Shown one piece after another: positions 59,201-64,000 of a stretch of 64,000 bases of DNA. Under the pieces are notes generated by a model, which was given only the letters and a program-made list of their open reading frames with translations, made no database searches and was not told the DNA's origin. How positions within the stretch are numbered: position 1 is the stretch's first letter; every line of letters starts with the position of its first letter. The translations under genes and the position numbers were made by a program. Source of the stretch: Candidatus Poribacteria bacterium (lineage in GTDB: Bacteria > Poribacteria > WGA-4E > GCA-2687025); assembly GCA_963665845.2 (NCBI GenBank), contig OY762492.1, positions 2,912,001 to 2,976,000 on the forward strand. The letters are read 5' to 3'.

Positions 59201-59597
59201 CGACACGGCTTCGGTTGAATTCGGTAAAGCCGCCGACCCCCTCCGTGATGCGCCCGCCGATGACGTTCGTCTCCGAAAAGGAGTTGTGGGAGTTGTAGAT
59301 GATGAGCGGGATCGCGTCCTCCACCTCAAACCCCCAAGCCTCTTCCAGCTGGTCTAACGCCTGCTCGGCTTCGCGGGCGGTGAAACGCGCGAGCCAGTCG
59401 GAGCCTTTTGGAAAGTAGATCTCCACGCGGTTGGAGCGTATCGTTTGCCACTCATGCTGCGAGTAGTTCACCTTGTTTTTGCCGAACGTCTGCGCGTGAA
59501 CCGTAAGGTCTAAGATTCCCGTTTTCACGGGAAGGACAACATGGCAGAGCAGCGGCAGCATTAGAAGAAGGAGGGTAACGGCGCCAACGCGCTTCAT
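56274..59597 (-). CDS. Omp85 (BamA/TamA-like) barrel with an N-terminal gluzincin peptidase-like domain and TolB/PD40 propeller
   Basis: FGKNKVNY, HELVH..W.TEG.AE, WSPDG repeats, LRG, F.D.G.A, C-terminal IGADF. Confidence 0.88.
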   Translation of the reverse strand: MKRVGAVTLLLLMLPLLCHVVLPVKTGILDLTVHAQTFGKNKVNYSQHEWQTIRSNRVEIYFPKGSDWLARFTAREAEQALDQLEEAWGFEVEDAIPLIIYNSHNSFSETNVIGGRITEGVGGFTEFNRSRVVIPYEGSYERMRHVIHHELVHAVQFKMFRSGSLKSLALNRLMSLPLWVTEGVAEFESMGWDIGADNVLRDAVISDYLPPIEQMLYGVFAYKGGQALYRYLALTYGRDKIARFLKSLKSGGNVERGLREAFGVSMAQLEREWRLWLKKEYWPEIAERLSPVEFARQMTEHLKDGGYLNVGARLSPDGTRLAYISSKRGFADVYLMDVETRRSERIIEGEQSPEFESLFLLRPGLAWSPDGAHLAVVAKMRGHNALFIYDVVEGEVEREFVFDLDAMFTPAWSPKGNEIAVVGLKDGWSDLYNVELPDGDLTRLTNDPYDERDPDWSPDGRLLAFSSDRPDESLEYEDSVPFRFGQYDIYALDAEARRLIRLTDHPSNDMYPAWSPDGAEALFVSERSGVGNMYLKRLEGGEARPVTDALTGAQQLDWSTDGSQVCFTAFQEGGYDIFLMEDPRFFEGKAQPEKTELAKRLFDAAAASAALDVPQEKEEENEEESEETVELPNEAAETEADAPPNLPPSISTLPNLSDLETSDTASLCGGAEDSSEETGADSPLPVNSNGEEGTATPLIEGGGDENEESEKETKRERKYTRPRAYRPRMSVESFGIATQINSFVGFSGQAYLTMSDLLGNQRLLVITDQSISSIKNLNALVQYAQLHERWNYGIAGFHTRDYFLANEPQRRDRVALVADRNIGFRALLEWPFSPYSRLEGSFGYQAIQRDLVGIQFYEYYRVGPFGETGRQEVEETPLDRKSMLPMELAYVADTVGYGMYGPVDGKRMRLSFFTSPAAGERFLQFATFKADWRHYFPIGETQSVAARLSGGTSFGRNAQAFFLGGVRSEISPRVSSAVDEKLRADSIFFPSFEGPLRGSNLYEYTGDSFLLVNLEWRFELIEQLALGFPLPIAFRRIGGNLFMDVGSAFDASGPDRLDSVDDLAAGIGFGARFNLGVFILRFDAAWKAAAWEIAKEPRYYWSIGADF

Positions 59598-60208
59598 TCA
59601 AAACGCCTTTCGTTGGAGGCGAGCAGGCGTCTTGGGACAACCTGTATCGCCTTTGGTTCGGTTGGGCAAACCTCTTGACAGACGCCGCACCCGACGCATG
59701 TCAGGGCGCGGACCCGTATGCGGTTTACCGGGTCAATGTCTAAAACTGTAACGCCGTCCTCGTGCAAAGGGCATACGCGGATGCATTCGATGCAGTCCTG
59801 CCCATGCGAGCGGATGCACGTTTCATGGTCGACGCGGGCGGTTCCCATGCCGAGGGCGTACCGTTCGCGCGGGCCGAGGGCGCCGCTTGGACAGGCGGAC
59901 ATGCAGGCAAGGTCGACGCAGACGACGCACGGCTGCTCGGCGGGGTTGATGTAGGGGGAGCCGTCCTGTTCAAAGGCGAAGATCGCGTCGGCGGGGCATG
60001 CCTTGACGCATTCGCCGCTGCGGTCGCAGGTTCTCAAAAAGGCGTCGTCGTCTTCGACGCTCGGCGGGCGCGTCCAGCTGTCGGGCGCGGCTTTGCGTTG
60101 AGAGTCGGCGGCGGGTTTGCCCTCCTCTAAGCCCTGTTTGAACGCGGCGATTGGGCGCGCCAGCTCCCGCGCCAGGTCTCGGAAAAAGTTGCGCCGGTCG
60201 CTTTTCAT
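59594..60208 (-). CDS. NapG/MauM-like 4Fe-4S ferredoxin-type protein
   Basis: DRRNFFR, RPP, several CxxCxxCxxxCP-type clusters. Confidence 0.88.
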   Translation of the reverse strand: MKSDRRNFFRDLARELARPIAAFKQGLEEGKPAADSQRKAAPDSWTRPPSVEDDDAFLRTCDRSGECVKACPADAIFAFEQDGSPYINPAEQPCVVCVDLACMSACPSGALGPRERYALGMGTARVDHETCIRSHGQDCIECIRVCPLHEDGVTVLDIDPVNRIRVRALTCVGCGVCQEVCPTEPKAIQVVPRRLLASNERRFE

Positions 60209-61074
60209 TTGCCTTTGCGCCCCTTGCCGTCCGCCGCGAGCGAACGCAGAAGCTCAACGCCCTTTTTCATATCCTCAATCTGATCAGGTCCGGCAATCTC
60301 CCGCTCAATCGTGATGTACCCGTCAAATCCGATCTGCTTCAGCTTGTCGACAAACCTGTCCATCCCGACATCCCCCTCGCCCAGCGGCGTTTCGGTCCCC
60401 CAGGTTTCGCCCGGATGCTCCGACCAAGAGGCGTCTTTGGCGTGGACGCTGACGATATACTCCTTCACCTCCTCCATCGCCGCAATCGGTTCGCCGCACC
60501 CGTAAAGGATCATGTTCGCAGGGTCGAAGTTCACCTTCAGGTTGGGGCGGTCAACCGCCTGCAAAAAGTGGAGCAGCGCCTCGCCCGTTTCCTGTCCTGT
60601 TTCTAGGCTGAAGACCTGTCCGTTCTGGGCGCAGTAGTCGCAGATTTTGCGCATCGTCTCGACCATCGCTTGAAAGAGCGGGTCTTCCTCGTCATGCGGG
60701 ATGAAGCCGATGTGCGCGGCGACCGCGTCCACGCCCAACCCCTTCGCAAACTCGGAGATGGCGTACGTTTTTTCGATGCGCTCGGCGCGCGTCTCTTCAG
60801 GCACATAGCCGACCGTCTGCTTCACCGTCGGGATGTCCGCGTAACTCTCTCCTTCAAAACCGCAGAAGACGGTCGTGACGCGGATGCCGGACTCTTCGAT
60901 GCTTTTTTTGAGGCTCATGAACCCGTCGCCCGCCAGAAACTCGTCCGGCGGACAGCCGAGCTGTACGTTGTTGACGCCGACCGCCTCCGCCTTTTTCAGC
61001 TGCTCATCGGGCGTCAGATGCTCCTGCCCTGGATGATCCCCGACCGCGACGCTGAGCATAATGCCGATTTCCAT
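60205..61074 (-). CDS. Sugar phosphate isomerase/epimerase (AP endonuclease 2 TIM barrel)
   Basis: LETGQE, NFDPANMILY, VHAKD, GEGDV, ITIERE. Confidence 0.9.
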   Translation of the reverse strand: MEIGIMLSVAVGDHPGQEHLTPDEQLKKAEAVGVNNVQLGCPPDEFLAGDGFMSLKKSIEESGIRVTTVFCGFEGESYADIPTVKQTVGYVPEETRAERIEKTYAISEFAKGLGVDAVAAHIGFIPHDEEDPLFQAMVETMRKICDYCAQNGQVFSLETGQETGEALLHFLQAVDRPNLKVNFDPANMILYGCGEPIAAMEEVKEYIVSVHAKDASWSEHPGETWGTETPLGEGDVGMDRFVDKLKQIGFDGYITIEREIAGPDQIEDMKKGVELLRSLAADGKGRKGK

Positions 61075-61087
61075 GAGCGCGTCCTTT

Positions 61088-61177
61088 CTAATCTTTCTTT
61101 TTCTTTTTGCCGTTCAGCCCGTCAAAGACGACGATCCATGCGCCTGCGACAATCAGAAATATAAGCCAATAATCCAT
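61088..61177 (-). CDS. 29-aa membrane microprotein MDYWLIFLIVAGAWIVVFDGLNGKKKKKD
   Basis: AAGGA RBS, ATG to TAG, paralogous to 61191-61298. Below the ORF-track cutoff. Confidence 0.6.
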   Translation of the reverse strand: MDYWLIFLIVAGAWIVVFDGLNGKKKKKD

Positions 61178-61190
61178 GAGCGCGTCCTTG

Positions 61191-61298
61191 CTATTTTTTC
61201 TTTTTTTCATTCAGCCCGTCAAAGACGACGATCCATACGGCGATGCCGATGACGATCAACGCGCTGGGCAGCGTCCACCATAATTTCCATAATTCCAT
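61191..61298 (-). CDS. 35-aa membrane microprotein MELWKLWWTLPSALIVIGIAVWIVVFDGLNEKKKK
   Basis: Single TM with basic tail, paralogous to 61088-61177. Confidence 0.6.
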   Translation of the reverse strand: MELWKLWWTLPSALIVIGIAVWIVVFDGLNEKKKK

Positions 61299-61330
61299 GC
61301 GCCCGCCCTTTCGCGTGTTGCGTTGACGAT

Positions 61331-63025
61331 TCAGTTCGCCGTTCCAAACGCCTTGATGCGTTCCAAATCCCATGTGTTGATGACATGCCGCGGCTCAAGC
61401 CATGCCCGCCGCGCCGTCATGAGGCCGTACCGTATGTTCTCAAGCGTCGCCGTTCGGTGCGCGTCCGCGTTGATGGAGATGAGCGCGCCCGCTTCCACCG
61501 CCCGCCTGCATAGTTCGGCGCTTAGGTCTAAGCGTTCGGGCGAGGCGTTCAGCTCCAGCGCCGTTCCGGTCTCCGCCGCTTTTTCGATGAGCCTGTCCAC
61601 ATTCACCGGATACGGATCGCGCCTGCCGAGTTTCCGCCCCGTCGGATGTCCGAGAACGCGCACAAACGGGTTCTCCATCGCCTTGCAGAGCCGCTCCGTC
61701 TGCGCCTCTTCGGACAGGTTGAAAAGCGAATGCGCGCTGGCGACGACCCAGTCCAGCTTCTCTAAAATGCTGTCGGGGTAATCGAGCTTGCCGTTTGCAA
61801 GTATGTCGACTTCGCTTCCCGCCAGCAGCGTTATACGACCGTTCAACGTCTCGTTCGCTTCATGAACCTCCTCGATCTGCCGCATAAGCCGTTCGACGCT
61901 GAGTCCGCCTGCGTAGCCGGAGGAGCGGGAATGGTCGGTGATGGCTTGATATTCGCGTCCGAGAGCCGCCGCCGCTTCCGCCATCTCTTCGATGCTGTTG
62001 GCGCCGTCGCTGGCTTTCGTGTGGGAGTGGAGGTCGCCGCGGTAGTCGCTTTCTTGGATGAGCGTTGGCAAACCGCCTTCGTCCGCCTTTTCAACGGCGG
62101 CGCGCCCCTCGCGCATCTCCGGCGGAATGAACGGAAGACCCAGCTTCGCATACACCTGCTCTTCAGACAGGGTCGCCCATGCGCTGTTGTCGTTGAGCGG
62201 CGGAAGTCCGCGCGCCTCGGCGCGTTCGTTCAGCGCGTCCAGATGCTCCGCGTCCGCCGTCTCGCGCAGCCAAACCGCATGGAACGATCCAGGCGCGGCA
62301 AGCGTCACTACGGCTGGAAAACCGCCGGCGATGGTACCTTTCATAACGTCTCCAACGGCGGTCGTCTCAAAACCGATTTTTTGAAGCGCCGCCGCCGCGT
62401 CGTCGGGGCTGTCCGCTTCAGCCGTTACGCGAACGCCGAGGCATATTTCTGCCGCCCGCCTTGCCGCGCCTGCGGTCTGCGCGTCGGACGCGGCGCCGCT
62501 CTCGATCAGCGCGGACGCGATCTGTCCGCCGACCGACAGCGCTTCTTGCAGCGGGCGCTCCGTCTTTCGACGGCGGAAACGCGCGATGCCGTCTCGAAAC
62601 ACCCCGACCGTTTTTTCCGTAATGCCCTTCATCTTTAACAAGCTGCCGTCGTCCAGAGACGCCTCCAGCTGTTCAATGCCCGCAATCTGCCGCTCCTTGT
62701 AGAGCCGCTGCGCCGTTTTGATCCCTAGCCACGGAATTTCTAGCAGCTCCAGCGCGGTCGCGGGTATCTTCTCTTCCAGCGATTTCCGCTTGTCGCATTC
62801 GCCCGTTTCCAGCAGTTGGAGAATCGTTTTGGCGGTGGAGGCGCCGACCCCCTTGATCGCGTTCAATTTTCCCGCTTGCGCGATGGACGCGATCGACTCG
62901 TCCAGCCCCTCAACCGTCCCGGCAACGCGCGCCAAACTGCGCGCGCGGTACACATCTTCCCCCGCAATCGTCATCAGGTCGGCGATGGCGCGCAGCTCGT
63001 CCGCCAGTTCGTCGTTCGTCATCAT
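61331..63025 (-). CDS. polX: PolX-PHP family protein with a degenerate polymerase active site
   Basis: HhH motifs, LPFIPPEMRE, GDLHSHT..SDG, ITDHS, GHPTGR, ELNA.P.RLD, DAH. Confidence 0.9.
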   Translation of the reverse strand: MMTNDELADELRAIADLMTIAGEDVYRARSLARVAGTVEGLDESIASIAQAGKLNAIKGVGASTAKTILQLLETGECDKRKSLEEKIPATALELLEIPWLGIKTAQRLYKERQIAGIEQLEASLDDGSLLKMKGITEKTVGVFRDGIARFRRRKTERPLQEALSVGGQIASALIESGAASDAQTAGAARRAAEICLGVRVTAEADSPDDAAAALQKIGFETTAVGDVMKGTIAGGFPAVVTLAAPGSFHAVWLRETADAEHLDALNERAEARGLPPLNDNSAWATLSEEQVYAKLGLPFIPPEMREGRAAVEKADEGGLPTLIQESDYRGDLHSHTKASDGANSIEEMAEAAAALGREYQAITDHSRSSGYAGGLSVERLMRQIEEVHEANETLNGRITLLAGSEVDILANGKLDYPDSILEKLDWVVASAHSLFNLSEEAQTERLCKAMENPFVRVLGHPTGRKLGRRDPYPVNVDRLIEKAAETGTALELNASPERLDLSAELCRRAVEAGALISINADAHRTATLENIRYGLMTARRAWLEPRHVINTWDLERIKAFGTAN

Positions 63026-63048
63026 AATATGCGTCCTCAACCGCTCTT

Positions 63049-63077
63049 ATCATAACGTCCAGCCGCGCCGTTTGCAA
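63049..63077 (-). promoter_or_regulatory. Putative sigma70 promoter of polX
   Basis: Minus strand TTGCAA-N17-TATGAT. Confidence 0.55.
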
Positions 63078-63204
63078 CCCTCCGCGCAGGTTGGCAGTAC
63101 GCTCATGCGATAAACTTCATTTTGACCCAAAGCGTTTGGCGCCGCTTGCTGTCATTCCCGCGTAAGCGGGAATCTTAAGGTATTACAGCCGCCGCGCCCG
63201 TCCT

Positions 63205-64000
63205 TTAAACCCCCCTAGCCCCCCTTTTCAAGGGGGAATCGGACTCGGCGCCGCGGAGATCGTCCAAGAGGCGACGGTAAAAAAGGTAGACTGCCGCCGC
63301 ATCCACATACGCCGCGATATACTGAACGCCGATGGAAACGAGCCATGCCGCCATCTCCGCGTCTTTGGCGTAAGAGCCGACGAAACGCCCGGCGTCAAGC
63401 GCTTTTTGGGCGCATGACTCAAGGGCGCCGCGGACGCGCGGATCGTCCACCTGACCCGTGATGCCAAGCGACTGCGACAGGTCGTAGGGACCGAGGAAGA
63501 TGACGTCAATGCCGTCCGCCTCCAGAATCTCGTCCATATTCTGAACCGCCTCCATCCCTTCGATATGTACGACGGTCATTTGATGGGCGTTGCATTTCTC
63601 CGTGTGGTCGGGAGAGCCGACATAGCCGCCCGCGCGCGTGAAGATGGAGACGCCGCGCTGTCCGAGGGGCGCGTATTTGGCGGCGTTGACAACCCGCTCC
63701 GCTTCCGCCTTAGACCCGACCTGCGGAACCTGGACGCCTGCCGCGCCGATGTCCAGCGCGCGCAGGATCAGCTCTGGGCGGTTGTCCGATACGCGGATGA
63801 TCGGCGCCGCGCCGCCGCATTCCGCGCCGCGTATCAGCTCCTCGCATGTTTCGTAGGTCAAGGGTCCATGCTCCATGTCGAGTATCACAAAATCGAGACC
63901 TGACGCGGCGGCCGCCTCCGCCGCCGACGCGCTGGACAATATGCAGAAGGTTCCGAAGGCGGTTTTGCCCGCCTCCAGCGTTGTTCGTAAACGGTTTTCT
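63205..64000 (-). CDS. HpcH/HpaI aldolase family protein (start just beyond the window)
   Basis: DFVILDMEHG, LDIGA.G..VP, HIE, FLGPYDLS. Frame open to the edge (ENRLRTTLEAGK). Confidence 0.9.
   Translation of the reverse strand, partial: ENRLRTTLEAGKTAFGTFCILSSASAAEAAAASGLDFVILDMEHGPLTYETCEELIRGAECGGAAPIIRVSDNRPELILRALDIGAAGVQVPQVGSKAEAERVVNAAKYAPLGQRGVSIFTRAGGYVGSPDHTEKCNAHQMTVVHIEGMEAVQNMDEILEADGIDVIFLGPYDLSQSLGITGQVDDPRVRGALESCAQKALDAGRFVGSYAKDAEMAAWLVSIGVQYIAAYVDAAAVYLFYRRLLDDLRGAESDSPLKRGARGV

Overview
A GC-rich bacterial chromosomal window with about 50 genes. The gene repertoire (BMC vertex genes, PhyH dioxygenase, Gfo/Idh/MocA, lamin-tail and FlgD-Ig exported proteins, PorV-like barrels, several MTase-Mrr fusions) resembles Candidatus Poribacteria or a similar diderm; this is inference only. 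Housekeeping and metabolic genes include apt, leuB, nrdJ, maf, a glycerate kinase, an MPG glycosylase, a non-canonical PolX and a GH1. These are mixed with restriction-modification genes (two complete MTase-Mrr fusions plus the start of a third, and an EcoRI-type MTase with a DUF262-HNH nuclease) and a 12 kb envelope operon (NfeD/FloA/FloA, then lamin-tail protein, PorV-like, HhH barrel, SurA-like, PorV-like, FN3-FlgD). Most larger intergenic spaces are mosaics of about five short repeat families (A-E). Main observations: (1) two inverted IS1595 copies bracket a 10.1 kb segment that has evidently been inverted, shown by a split 8-bp target duplication and split host repeats; (2) the MTase-Mrr paralogues differ mainly in the target-recognition region; (3) a 14-bp motif sits a fixed 14-15 bp upstream of four unrelated sigma70-like -35 boxes; (4) a T9SS-like module contains a DNA-binding HhH outer-membrane protein; (5) repeats have entered coding sequence; (6) there is a tandem pair of small membrane peptides. 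No CRISPR array, rRNA or tRNA was recognised. All family assignments come from motif recognition by eye, not database searches.
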